Assembly: GCF_009834535.1 (NCBI RefSeq)
Contig: NC_045697.1
Coordinates: forward strand, 40,550,001 to 40,614,000
Source: Camelus ferus
Lineage: Eukaryota
Direction of reading: 5' to 3'
DNA length: 64,000 nucleotides
The translations under genes were made by a program, and so were the position numbers. Shown piece by piece: positions 1 to 13,548 of this stretch; within the stretch, counting starts at the first letter, position 1, and every line of letters begins with the position of its first letter. The notes under the pieces were generated by a model. The model searched no databases and was not told the DNA's origin. It was given only the letters and a program-made list of their open reading frames with translations.

Positions 1-1019
1 AGGTTAAATATGTCATCTTGGCATTGTATCCAAGCTCTCCTCTGGCCCAGAGCCTAAGTACACTGAATAGAAATGATCACTACGTCCAACTCAGCAGAAA
101 TCTTTCTTTTTTAATTCTCCCCTTTCTCATGGGTACCAGCTTTTTTCACTCCACAACTTATTCAGCTAAACTTTGATGGTTATAACTATTGTTAACTATG
201 ACTTTTTTTTAAAGGACACTCCTCTCAGGAAACATTTAAGTTTATATTTCTGTCCATTCAACAAGATCCAGCAAAGCACAACAATCTGTTTCATATACTT
301 ATTATCCAATCAAGCAATGCTGCTTTCTACTTTTTGGAAAAGAATAGGTACATGTTATTAACGAATCTTGCCTTTTTTCTCTCAGAGAATTTTTGAACAG
401 CCATTTAGCAACTGGAGTACTGGGATTTCCTTTCCAGGTCCTTTGGAGTTTAATCCCCAATAGCCTCTCATGCAGTTTCACTTATCAACTAAGTAAAAAT
501 AATAAATAGTGATGACAGAAATGAAATGAATAGTGATATGTCTGGAAACTCCAGAACATTATTCATCTCATTTCCTCCTGACTGCTTGTTATTTTTATTC
601 AGTTGATACATAACTGTACACAAACATTGCTATTTTAGTTAAGTTTAGCACAATGTCCAGAACATGCTGGGACTCTTTTTCCACCGAGAATATGAGTGAC
701 TGTTGTTAAGACTTCAGATGCCCTTTTCACTAACATATCATTCTGGAACAACCTCCAGTGAGGGAAAAGGGGGCCCCACAAATCCAGGAGAACTTCCCCA
801 GCAGCCCTAGCTGCCAAAGAGATGTCCAATTAGGTGAGGGTCTGGTTCATACAGGGGTTATCACCCAGCATCTTCCCCCAAAGGTGAGCTTGCAACGGTA
901 GTACTACCTGAGGCTAGCCTGGTTTTTGTCTTGGGCATCGAGAGACAGTCAGAACTCTGGGGAACAGAGTGTGTGGTCTTGACTGATTGTAGGGAGATGG
1001 TGTGATAAAGTGAGTGAGA

Positions 1020-1185
1020 TCATGGGCTCTGGAAATACACAGATCTGGTTTATACCCAGGCTCTCCCAGGCTCGGTGACTTTGGGCAAATGACTCTTTGA
1101 GCCTCAGTCCCCTCATTTGTGGAAATGGGGATCATAAAATTAGTTGCTACCTTAGAGATTTGTTGTGATAATTAAGCGAGGAGAA
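1020..1185 (+). mobile_element. MIR SINE relic
   Basis: MIR core gtgactttgggcaaatgactctttgagcctcagt...catttgtggaaatgggga. Confidence 0.75.
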
Positions 1186-1384
1186 CAGCTATGGCTGATA
1201 CATATGGATCAATCCATCAATCACAGCTAACATTACAGCACGAGGCCGCCTGTACTTCCCAAGTGGAACTCTGTAGAAAGGGAATTTACTCTACGTGTTC
1301 CCTCCGGGTTTCTTCCTTGTACTTAGACACTTTGCTGTGTAATAAAATGTCAATTTCAGGTCTACGCCTCTGAGTCAGCGAGGC

Positions 1385-1590
1385 AGAGTGGATAGAGCAT
1401 GGGTTTCAGTGTCTAACACCACTGAGTTTGAATCCTGGCCGAGTGAGCTTGGGCAGTCCCTTCACACCTCCAGGACTCAGTTTACCCACCTATTCAGCAA
1501 ATAGTGGTAATAATACCCACAAGGGGGTTGTTGTAGGAATTAAATAAGATTTTTTTTTAATGTCAGGTATAGTACCTGGCAGAGTACTAG
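1385..1590 (+). mobile_element. MIR SINE relic
   Basis: gagtttgaatcctggc...gcttgggcagtcccttcac...ctcagttt core. Confidence 0.7.
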
Positions 1591-4500
1591 ATATACAGAG
1601 AGAAAGTGTTTGATTATTCACTTGGAATAATTTTCTGACAGTAAAATTGGAGGTCAAGAAGGAAATATTTCTTTGAATTGTCTTTTTTTTAATCCTAAGA
1701 AATGGAAAAATAAACCTGACACTACTGTATTCCCCTGAGGGACCTCGACGTGAAGTATTTATTACTGAGAGTCTTTACTGCTTCGTCAATTAGTTGCTTC
1801 TTAATGGCCAAGTCAAATGAAACCAAAGCAAGCTTTCTGTTACAGACTGCCATTAAGAGGACTGAGGCAAAACGCTGCTTTGCACTCAATTCTGTTTTAT
1901 TGGCCTACTTGGACAGAGGAGGCCCCCAACATTTCTCCTTTCTTATCTTTTCTAAAGGCAAGAATAGGGGTTTTGACTTGCTCTAGGGGTATTTTTTCCT
2001 CTCGAACTGAAATTCAAGCAAAGGGCTTGTTTTTTGTTTTTTTGTTTTTTGTTTTTGTAAACCTCTCCCCGATGTTCTTAGCATTTGAAATGTCAGCCCC
2101 TTTTTTCTGGCTACATGAAGCAGGAGCAGGCCGCCATCAGAGTGATGATAGAGAGCCTCGAGTCTCACAATCCTCTCCGTGAAATAACTCTTAGTCCGCT
2201 TTAAAAATCCTTCTTTAGAAATGAAGTCTCCAGTCCTGGCTTGTTTCCTCCCTATTATGCAACCATCTTACGTATACCAACAACAGTAGCCAAATGTTTC
2301 CTTTTAAGAGTCAATGAATATGTGTTAAGAAAACGAACAAGAAAGCTACTAAACGGTGAGCAGTTTACTGTGGAGGACGGGGACAAAGGCAAGCAGGAAA
2401 AATAGAAAGACCTCACTTTCTAGCAAATACTGCACATCCCGCAATAAATCCATTTCCAGGTTCCCACCACCTCTTCCCATCTTCACTACGTGCTTATCAG
2501 GGGAGATCAGGGACAGGCTGCCTGGGCTCAAACCCTGGTACTCATACTCTAGTTTTTTAATCTAATCCACTCTTTGCCTTGTCTTCTCAAATGTAAATTA
2601 GAGGTAATAATAGTCATGAAATAGTCGTGGGAATTGAATGAGATTGCATGTAAGAATCTTATCACAATATCTGACCAGTGGTAACGGTTGGCTGTTAAAC
2701 TCACCAAGCCTCAGTTTCCCCTACTTCTTAAATGAGGATAACAGGTAATTCATAAGATTGTTGGGGGATTAACTGAAATAATGGATAGAAGTGCTCAAGA
2801 AGTAGTAGTTCTTTTAATCCTTTTCTCATTAAGTCTAACACTGATGAGACTGGCTTTTTTGAACTTGGAATCTCCCAGTGAGTAAACTGTAATGAATACA
2901 GGACTCAGAATTATTGTATAAATGTGAACCATTAAATTTCTAGAGACTAAAAGGAAATAATTAAGGGTTTTGATATTTATAAAGAGTAAAAAGGACTCTT
3001 CTCATCTTGATTAACACTAGGGCAAAACGTATCAAAACATTTTATCTTTCATTACAATCCTTGTTATTAAAGTTTCTGTTTTAGTTTCTCAACTATTTTC
3101 TAAGTTATACAATTAGGTAAATAAGTAATATTTTTTCCTTATCTCTCAAGCAACTAATGTATTCAGTGCTCTACCCCATTCAAAATGCCAGAGACGCTAC
3201 AGGAGCCATAATAAGAGAGGCTGTGCTCCCGTGAAGTTTGCTGTGTAGTTAAAAAGGCAGTCGTTAATCAAATCATTGCATTAATAAAAAGTGCATTTGC
3301 CCAAACATAAGGTGACCCCAAATACAAAGTCATCTTCATTTTTCTAATGGAAAGATCCTCAGCCACAGTCTTCAGTCAACCTAAGTGCACAGATGGATAA
3401 TATATTGTAATGTATACCTAGGACACTTAACTCTATTGTTATATATACATATTTTAAATCTCATTTCATTCTAAATATTTCATACTTAAAAAAATTTTTT
3501 CCATCCTCATATTTCAGGAAACAATTTTGTTAAAACTCTCTCTATGCACCTTTAACATCCTTGTCTGCATTCACTGGACCCACTCTGTAATTATCTAATA
3601 GAGAGTAGTGCATTATGAATTCTCTGCAAGTTGTTCATAATGCATTTCTCAAAAATCTGCTGATGCTGCAAATTTGAGCCCCAAGCATAAATTCTCACTC
3701 TACAGTGATGATCTCTACATATTAATTACTTACTATATGGTTTTTTCCAGTGCTCTTTAAAGGGCTTATTTAAAACCACTGGAGTCCATGAAGTGTGGTT
3801 TTCTAAAATTGTGTAATTCCAACACTTGCAATAATGAAGTCATACCTCAAGAATAATTATCATCAAATCTGTTTTAAATATCTTTATCTCCTTTTTTAGT
3901 GTCATGGTGACTTTCTTAAAAACAAAAATAAATATTGCTTGAGATCATTTCAGGCTGTTTTCCTAAAATGGTACTTTGTTGTTCCAAATGAAATAACTGA
4001 GACAATGACCATTAATGTGAGAGACCTCAGAAGTATGAGAATATAAGTCAAATCTCTCTTTTTTATAGCACAATTTTGGGGGGTGAAAAATTCACATTAT
4101 ATTGAGCATGTATTGCATATAATTATATGCTGAAATGTGTTAAGAAGGCAAAGCACCTTTATTCTAAGAATGTAAGGAGCCTGACCTCTGCTCAAGGTCA
4201 CTGATGGCTTTCCTTGATCTGAAAGCTAAATAGAGATTAACTCTGCAGAAGGTTTGTGTGTGCTGGATGTTGGTGGTTGGGGCAAGTAGGTTCTGGCAAG
4301 AGAATTCTGAGCATGTGAACACCTTGTGCAAAGACCCTGTAGCAAAAGGGATCACGGCCTATTTGAGGAACAGAGAGGAGCCAGTTCCTGGGAGAGCAAG
4401 AGGCAGAGCAGTGGGAGATGCGAAGCCTAAGCGATGCCCCATAACATCCTCTTCCCTGGGCACTCAATGCATTTATCCTCTGCTTCATTCATGTTTAATG

Positions 4501-5623
4501 TGTATCTTTAACATCTCTGTTGAATTCTGGTTAGATCTCAAGTTCTGATGCGCATGAACCAAGTCTACCCTAGCTTGGATTCATATAATGGTGAGTTCAG
4601 TTAGGCAGGATAACCAGCAGTTGAAGGTCAGAGCTCCAGAAAAATATGTATCTTTGAGTGTATATCATATACATTTACAGAGCTGGGCAATCTTGATGTC
4701 AGACGGTGACTCAGCAGAGAACTTGAAATAGAAGAACATCTTTCTTAATCCTTCAGATGACTTTAATGCCAAGCTATAGAGCTCTCCCAAGAGACTCATA
4801 ATACTTGAAAAGCCCCAAAGCATCACTGTTAACTCTGTATCAGGTAACAACACGTATATGTTAGCCAAAATATGACTCAGGGATTTGCTGATAACGAAGT
4901 CTTTGGCTATCGTATAAAGACAGGGTGAAGGGGAATGCTCTGTTTGAGTCTGATTATGAAGTACCTATAATAACCATTTTGTTTACTACATTTCCCTGAA
5001 GGGAAGTTTTTCCATAGTTATAATAATTACTAAAAATAGCAGCCTACAATCTCCCTCTGATATAAACGAATTCAACAGAAGATACCTGGCCTTATTTGGA
5101 AGCGTGGATGTACACACTCCACGAAATAATATGCCAGCAGTAAGAAGAAAAGTAAAATAACAAGGAAAACAGTCACTGCAGCCTCTCCTCTCCCTAGGCT
5201 TTCTAGGGTATACCGTGTGTCTTTCTCAGGTCTTTTGACTTTAGATAAGGTAAAATGAATGGATCAAGTAGTCATCATCTGTCTTGGAAACCAAAAATGC
5301 TAAAGAAGTTTTCTTGTAAATTTGGCTGAGGCTGCCAATGAAGGAGCCCACAGCAGGAGGAGGAGGGCATCTGAACTGCCTGAGGAACGCAAGGCAACAT
5401 GAGGAAAATTCAGTTAGGAAAACTTGAAACAATAATTACCAGCACTAAAATTTCCAAAAAGTCATTGACATAACCAAAACAAGAGATGGGAAAGAGCAGA
5501 CTCCAAGCCTGTTCCTCCCTTTAAAGGTGTGGATGGCCATGTTTCCAATCCAGTTCAGAAGTCAGACAGCTCGTCAATACTTAGAAGAAGAAAGAGAAGG
5601 GAGATAAAAAGAGAAAAGAACCC

Positions 5624-6021
5624 ACAACAACATGGATGAGCTTGGAGGGCTTTATGCTAAAGGACATAAGTCAGACGGAGAAAGACAAACACTGGATGAT
5701 ATCACTTACATGTGGAATTTAAAAAATACAACAAACTAGTGAATATAACAAAAAAGAAACATACTCATCGATATAGAGAACAAACTAGTGGTTACCCATG
5801 GGGAGAGGGAAGTGGGGAGGGGCATTTTAGGGGTAGGGGTTAAGAGGTACAAACTATTATGTATAAAATAAGCTACAAGGACACATTGTACAACACAGGA
5901 AATACAGCCAATATTTCATAATAACTATAAATGGAGTCTAATCCTTAAAATTGTGAATCACTATATTGTACACCTGAGACATATAATATTGTACATCAAC
6001 TATACTTCAATTTAAAAAAAA
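5624..6021 (+). mobile_element. 5'-truncated L1 3' end with A-rich tail
   Basis: acatggatgagcttggagggctttatgctaa...agaaagacaaa...gtacatcaactatacttcaattt(a)n, a typical mammalian L1 3' UTR. Confidence 0.88.
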
Positions 6022-7939
6022 TTTTTAAGAAAGAAGAGATATAGTGAGATAAGGAGTACGCAGTGGAGACGGATGGTTAGATTAAGTAGATTTAAGTGGC
6101 AAGGCAATATGCAGAATTTCAAAAATAAATTTACCATTTTAAATGTAAATTTAAATTAGTGTTCTAAATTAATTAAATTGATGTTCTTTAAAAAACTATA
6201 GGAACTGAAAAGAAATCAAATAAAAACACCTACTCAGACCTAATCTTATTCCAATTTAAATCTTTAGAAAATATAATAGAAACTGAAAAGAGACTAATAC
6301 AATGAGAACTCAAAATGAACCACAATACCCAAAATATATTGTTTGTTTGTGTAAGTTCACTCCTAAATCTAGATGGAAAATGGTGTTCCAGAGTATGCTA
6401 AATTTTAAGTGCTCTCTCCTTCTCTAGGAGATAGGCATTTCAGGACCTCAAGAGACAGAGAGACCAAGAGTCAGAGAGTTTTATTCAAAGGAACATCCTA
6501 TGTTTCCTCCCAAGTGCCAAGTAATATTTATCTACTGCATGCACTGATTTCCACCCTCAACCTGAAAGACCATGCACTTGGTCTTAAGAGACCAGAGCTG
6601 ACATTGATCCATCAGAGGTCAAGGGGGGCTGGCATGCACATAGCCCGTTCTCCCTTTGCCTTTCAGACCAAGCTCTGCAGGCTTGCCTGGGCTATAAGAA
6701 AGAATATTCAGGCCCTTTTCCCTGTTTTTTTTTTTTTTTTTTTTTCGCCAGGGACAGAACTTGCAGACCTGCTGAGAAATCTAATTACAACCTCCTTTCA
6801 TGGTGAAATCCAATTACAACCTCTCTCATGGTGAAAGCCAATCCTTTTGATACAAAAGGAAACAAAACTAAGGGGTTTCAAGCCAGGAATGTGTCTCTGT
6901 TCTGCCTTCTCTCTTAGGCAACCATGCGGATAGGTTGCAATGACCTTGACCTGACTTGTTTAGGAACAATGATCATAAACTATTGCGACCTCTATTCCCA
7001 TAAGAAGGAAGAATATTTTCATCTCTGATGCCAGGAGTTTCTGGAGATTTTCTTAAGGATCCATTGGTTGAGCAAAGCAAAAAAAAAAACAAAAAAAAAA
7101 CCTCATTTTTAATTCAGCAAGATGATTTTCTTTTTGAACTTGGAATGTCATGTTAAACAAGAAAAAAATAAAAGTAGTGTTATTTAAGACAATATCCTCC
7201 TATAATCTTTTCCTGACATCTTTTATGCCCTGTGCCACCTTTTCCAACAACCCTTTTCCTTGAGGATAATGAGAAAATGCAGTGCTGCCTGAAGGCGGAT
7301 CACATCAAATTCCTAAAACTTAATTAAGATAAATGGAGACAGTTCTCAAGATAGTCATTTATGGAAATACATATTTTACATATACCTGGTAAAAGTCTAT
7401 AATTGCTGAAACAATAAAATTACCAAACACATTCTAATCAAAACTCTATCTTTACTACATAATCACTGTAGTCCACTGAATATGTATAAGACCCAGATTT
7501 GCAGCTTATCACCCAAAATGGGCAAAATTTTTAGAAGAATCCAGTCAACTAATAAAATTTTAATTGAATATGAGTGGAGCAAGGACTGGTAAATGCTTTT
7601 GTTTTGTTTTGTTTTTTAAATATGATAAAATTTACCATAGGTTCAATAATAGTGTTATGCCCATTGAGTGAATAAAAGTAAATAAACAAGGATAAGAATC
7701 CACCATTCCGAATGATCCTCAAATAGCTCCAGAAGTAATGCATTTTTACCATACTTGATTCAACTTCAGTTACCTAATCATCTATATAATATGATAGGGA
7801 CCCAGCGGAAAGGTGCCCTGAAATCTGACAAAATCAGAAGAATTGATCTAGATTATGGGTCAAAGAAAACCTGTAGCTGGTTTCAAGACACCATGATTGG
7901 TCAGATCTTCATGCTGGTGGGTGTTGGGTGCTCAGTTTA

Positions 7940-8262
7940 AAGTAAAAGGGGGTACACAATCCATAGACAGAGTGCAGTCGTCTCGCTCAGAAGGGAGAGT
8001 ATGGCTACAAGGCGTGGGGGTTGTTAGTTTTTAATGGGCTCGGTAACTTCACATGCTAACAAATGGAAGGAGTATTCCAACCACTCTGGGAAAGGGGTGA
8101 TGATCCCCAAGACTTGGGGCACCACCCACTTTTTGACCTTTTATGGTCAGCCTTGGAACTGTCATGGTGCCTGTGCGAGTGCCATTTACCACGTTAATAT
8201 ATTACAATGAGTGTATAACGAAGCTCAAGGTCTACTGGAAGTCCAATCTCCCACCATTTGGA
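7940..8262. mobile_element. Probable ERV LTR fragment
   Basis: LTR-like motifs (ttttatggtcagccttggaactgtcatggtgcc; cccaccatttgg); family not resolved. Confidence 0.5.
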
Positions 8263-9603
8263 GCTTGGAATCATTTTTAACTCTCAAGCCATTTGTTCAG
8301 TGGATTCCCCAATCTTTTATTGGGGACCAAAAAACTTTGAGCTAACGCTAAATCAACACAGCATTCTGGTGGAATTCAGAAGAAACAGAACACAAATGCT
8401 GAACCTCAAGTGTCTTCTTTCCTTCTCTTTTTCTTTTCTGATCCCCAATTCCAGAACACATAACAGTAGGCTTTGAGGACCTCATGGTCGGGTATAGGTT
8501 AACCTCTTTCTAGGAAAATTTTTCACAAATTTCCTAAAATATAGATACAGGAAGCTACAAGAAGCTTTTGTTTTGAACTGGGAGCTTAAAGCTTTTGGCG
8601 TACTTGGCATTTCAAGTAATCTTGCATTCAGTAGCTTCTTAGATAGGCACAGGGGGAGGGACGGGTGGGAAGTACCAGCTGATTGATGTCTTCTTGTGAC
8701 CTGAAAACAATTTAAAGTGATTGATTGCAAAAGTAAATGTTTTCTTATAATTTGAAAAATACACTGGGTAGGAACGTTGGATGTTACTATAGCCTCAGAC
8801 CTGAATGTGATTAACTTCTCTACTTCCCCAAAAGATGACACACAAAAGTCCAGCCCATGCTTACTCTATGTTTGGTTCTTTGTTGTCTCATTTTGCTCAA
8901 ATCCTGTGTTTAGAAGGTGGCCACAGTATGGTCTGAGGTTGTGGTCATGGCTGGAGATGGCTGACTCTCCTATGCTTCCCAGCGCCTTGTTAACAGGGCT
9001 AGTATCTCTAGTGGTCCATGAATGTGATGTGTACATTTCAGTGCCATGAAACCCAAAACAGTCACTGTCCAAAAAGAATTAACAACAGACTCCCTTGTGC
9101 AGTATTATTCATCCAAAATACAACTTTGTTTTAATTTGGCTAATTAGAGTAGTCTTGATTAGGCAAATTCCTACACATTCTGGGACAGACCATCCAAAAA
9201 CAGTATTTTTAGAACAATGTTTACAATGTTCAGTCAGGCTAAGCTAATGAGTTGAGTTTCCTTGGGTGTGAAGGTACTGTAATAAAAGGGAAAAGAACAG
9301 AGAGACTACTTCACTTCCCAAGTTTCCAGATTAGTCCTGGTGTCATAACATTCTAGAGATTGCATGAACAGAGAAATGGGATAGTACGGTGAAAAATGCC
9401 AACTTCTAACACAGAACACTCCCAGAGCAGGTTGCCCATATTTCTTTCTAAAACTCTTCAATTCCATAACACCTTCAAATCCTGTGTGAAATAATCTTTA
9501 TTGAGTGCTAGTCACACTTTAATACCTTGTAGCTTTTGATTCTCTCCAAAGATGAGGACTGCTATGTTCATTTAATAAGAAATATGTGCACCTGCTAAGG
9601 CAA

Positions 9604-10170
9604 TGTAAGGGAAGAAAAACTTTTTCCTCTATCCTCTTATGTTCAGTAATTGGGGCCTGCAAATTAAACTGACAAAAGCCAGATTAATAGGAGAAAAAGG
9701 TTTATTCATATGCATAAGGGAGCCAACAAAAGTAGCCAGCTCCTTAAACTGTTAAAGGCTTATAAACCCAACTCAGTAGAGGAAAGGGAAGGGGAAGAAA
9801 CAGCTTCTGTGGGAAAAACAAAAAGATTTCTTTAGGGAAGACAAATAGGTTTTTAGAAGAAACTGGAGATGAGAGAGTTTGTGATATTTGTCTATAAAGG
9901 TGTAAGTGGTTTTTCTGTCTTCATCAAGGTCATAAAAACCTCCTTGAGAGGAATTTATGGTAGACTTACTCTGGGTCTCTCTCCTGGGAGTAGAAGCCAC
10001 CCTGAAGGGGGAATTTATGGCAGTTCTCATTTCTCAGAAGTTTCTGCTTTTAGTCAGACAAGGCAAGCTCCAAGAAGGCTTCTTTCTGCATCCATCTGTT
10101 GAATCTCAAATGTCTTCAACTTAAAATAATCTTTATACCAATCCTAGGGTTCTCAGTGGTTCCCCATAGC
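9604..10170. mobile_element. Probable ERV1-class solo LTR
   Basis: Starts tgtaagggaagaaaaac; contains cttctttctgcatc...tcaaatgtcttcaacttaaaataatc motifs seen in ERV1 LTRs. Confidence 0.55.
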
Positions 10171-12729
10171 AGCTATAAAAAGACTTGAAACAGGGCCGCA
10201 CTGGGGAGCAAGAGGCAGCTTTGTTGGCAGGGGAATCTGAATTATATTCAAACCCACGAATCCTAAATTTTGAATCAAGGGCTATGTGGGTCAGGGTCAT
10301 AGCAAGGAAATGATAGATCTGGGCAGGAAAACTGAATTGGGGGATTTGAGGAGAGTGACATCAAGGGATGACTTACCAAGGTGTGGGCATGGTGTAGAGA
10401 AGTCACAAGGGGTTGTGGGAACAGACTAGTAACAGCTAAGATTGTACAAGCCAGGGAAAGGAGAACTTTTTGAACCGACAGAAAATGCTGTGTGGAGAGG
10501 GACACTGAGAGGGGCTGTGACCTTCAGGAAAGGGACACAGTCACATAGAGGGAGCTGAGAAAACATACACCCTAATTTTACTTCTCCTCCTTCCTTCAAA
10601 TCTCTCCTGCCAGTGCACCTCATTGGCTGAACCCAGCAGAAAGGGAACCTGATGATGCAATTCACACAGGCCCTGGGACAGCTCAGGGTGGAGTAGGCTG
10701 GAGAGTGGGTGTGGAGTGGATCTGAGGGATCAAATGGAAGATATCTAGATATTCAGAAGGGAAAAAAAAATCTCTTCCCAATGTGAGAAAGGCAGAATGT
10801 ACAGCTGTAGACCAGCTGTGTCTCCTCCTTGCCTGAATAACTCTTCTAGAGTTTCCCCTCTGAAGGCATAAATAAGCATAGTGTTTCCATCCTATTTTCA
10901 AAGAACTCCTCAAACCCCAGCCACAAAAACCCATTAGGGTTTATTGTACCTGCTCCTTTCACAGAAGGCAGGTAATGAGTAACACTGCACCACTGGGGCA
11001 TGCGTTTGTTCCCCCTCTTCAGTGCGCTGGACCTCACCAAGGCACCCGAGAAGTCTCCACCATGTGCTGAATCCTGAGGGGACTCCTGCTTGGCATGAGG
11101 GCTTTCATTAGCGGTTCACACAAAAACTGTTCATCAAAGCCCACCATTGTTCCCCAGAGGGTCCCAACAGCCATGAGAATGAGGCTACTTGGAACTGTTC
11201 TGAGGTATGATTTGCTGTTTTTCTTAATCCTGGAAGAGAACTACCCCAGTCAATAATTCTTTCACAGAGCTGAAAGCACTTGAAATTCCTCTCCCAACTA
11301 GCTGAACTTAACAACAACTTACTCTACTCACAAAGGAGGAGGGACAGTTCCTATTGAACCCAAAGAGGTTTTTATATGCTGGTAGAGTTTACCTAATAAG
11401 GGATATTCAAACAAGAGCAGTCAGAGGAGAAAGCTAAGAACCTGGCATTCAGGGAAAAGAAATAACAAGGAGGTAAAGAATCAAATAAAGTAGGGCCTAG
11501 AGAGAAGAGCTAAAGGCAGAAACAGAATAGGACAGATGCATATGATTATTTCAAAGGTGAGGGAGGCTTCAAAAGTGAACTGTCATGCTGTTAATACGAT
11601 GAAGCAAATCATTCAGATACTAAGTCCTGCAACGTGACAAATGCCACAGGCCTTCAAGGGAGCCATAATTCCAAGTGGATTCAGAACCTGGGAACCAGAA
11701 GTTTACACAATGGGTGGGGCCTTCTTTTTTAAAAAGAGAGAAATCAAAATCAGGTGCAGGACTTTGTAAGAAGCCCTGAAACAAGCTGCTTAGCTCTGCG
11801 GTATATCCACCTCTGGCCATACTCAAAAGTCTGTGCCCCAGAGAATATGCAGAAAGGGGGAGAAGGATAAATAAATGTATTATAAATAAGTGTAATAAAT
11901 AAATATATTTATACATAAAATAAAGGTAGTAAATGTAAATGTGAGAAAACCCTGCAATCACAGAGAAAGAGGAACTAAAGGGACAGATATCAGAATCTTA
12001 TTTGAGAAAAAAAAATACAGCCAAAATAATTTCTCCCACTGCCCCACAGGTCAGGGAGTGGTGGAGACTTTCTGAAGGACAGACAAATGCCTCAGGAAAG
12101 GACCAAAGCACTGCCACATGGGTCTGTCTCAGATGAAGTTGTGAAATGAGATGCAGTGAGATTAGTGAGTGGTGGGTGGCACAAGAAGATGAGGAACTCT
12201 GAAAGGAATGACGAAGAGATGTGGAAATAAGCCTATTGCACAGTCTTGCCTAAGATAAGCCTGCGTGGATCCTCTAAGTATAATTAAAGTAATCTGTAAT
12301 CCTTCAATTACACATTACAGAACAGGGAGAATGTACTAATTTCTCCTGAGCTAGAAAGAGAGAGGTCTTTGAGAATGTCAAAGCCACCCTTTTGGAAATT
12401 CTTGCATCCTTTGGCTTCCATGCGCCTCACTCACTCCTGGGCACAGTGGCACAGAGGGATGTTCAGGAAGCTCTCATTGGATGGATACTCTGTGAAATGG
12501 AGGTGAGATGACAGGTGGAATACTTGGGTGAGGCATGGATGAAGTACTACCATAGTACCTGACATACAGTAAAATCTCAAAAAATATAAGCCATTACATT
12601 AGCTCTATATTAAACAGTCAATGATAAAAAACCTACTTTCAATACGAGTACTTTGATGAACATAAGTGATTCTAATTCTGATGAATATACTTGAATGCTA
12701 TTTCACTCAAGATATTTAATGTTCATTCC

Positions 12730-13195
12730 AGTTCTCCACTGCTGCTTACAAATTGTGACTTTAAACAATTATTTCATAATTTCTCAAGATTTTGTGGGTC
12801 AGGAGTTTGGACAGGTTGCTTAGAAGTACTGAGCTGGCAGGTGAGCCACTCTGGAAGGTCCAAGGTGACTCCACTCACATATACTGTGCCTTTGCAAGGA
12901 CACGTGGAAAGCTGGAATGGGCAGGGACTGTTGAACAGCATCTTCTATGGCATGACAGTCTCTTACAAAATGGCTTGGAACTCCCAAAGCAAGTGTTTCA
13001 GGAGATCAAGGTCAAAACTACAAGGCTTCTTCCAGGCTAACCTCCAAAGTCCCAGAACAGCACTCTGCCTCAATCATTTGGTCAAGTAAGTCACCAAAAC
13101 CAGTCCAGATTTGAGGGAAGGAGAATTTGACTTTGCCTCTCAAAGGGAGGAGCAGCAAAGAATTTATGGCCATCTTTATTATACCACACTGTTTA
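12730..13195. mobile_element. MaLR (MLT1-type) LTR relic
   Basis: ttaaacaattatttcataatttctcaagattttgtgggtcaggagtttgg...gtcaccaaaaccagtccagatttgaggg. Confidence 0.7.
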
Positions 13196-13500
13196 TACAC
13201 ATTAAATGAAAAGTGTCAGAAATTGTCTCAAGACAACTATTCATGTGAATTAGAGTTGACATCCTTGGATGTTTAGTTCTTAATGGAAGACCTGAAATTC
13301 CAAATCCTGGGCTTCCATGGAAAGGCCATATCTCATACAGTGGAGTCTAGCAGTCATCTTTTAAAATTCCAGATGACGTTCTTCTGAAAGTTTGGTAATG
13401 AGACACTTTGTTCCTAAGAGATGGTAGAGGCTCTCCTCAAAGTTCTCCATCACTCTCATCTTAACCTCTCTAGATCCATGCAAAGAAACTGTGGGATAAA

Positions 13501-13548
13501 ACTAACATTGTAAATCAACTACACTTCAATAAAAAATAAAATTAAAAA
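13501..13548 (+). mobile_element. Extremely truncated L1 3' terminus with poly(A) and a degenerate 19-bp TSD
   Basis: acattgtaaatcaactacacttcaataaaa(a)n flanked by aaagaaactgtgggataaa (13482-13500) and aaagaaacagcgggacaaa (13549-13567). Confidence 0.75.
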
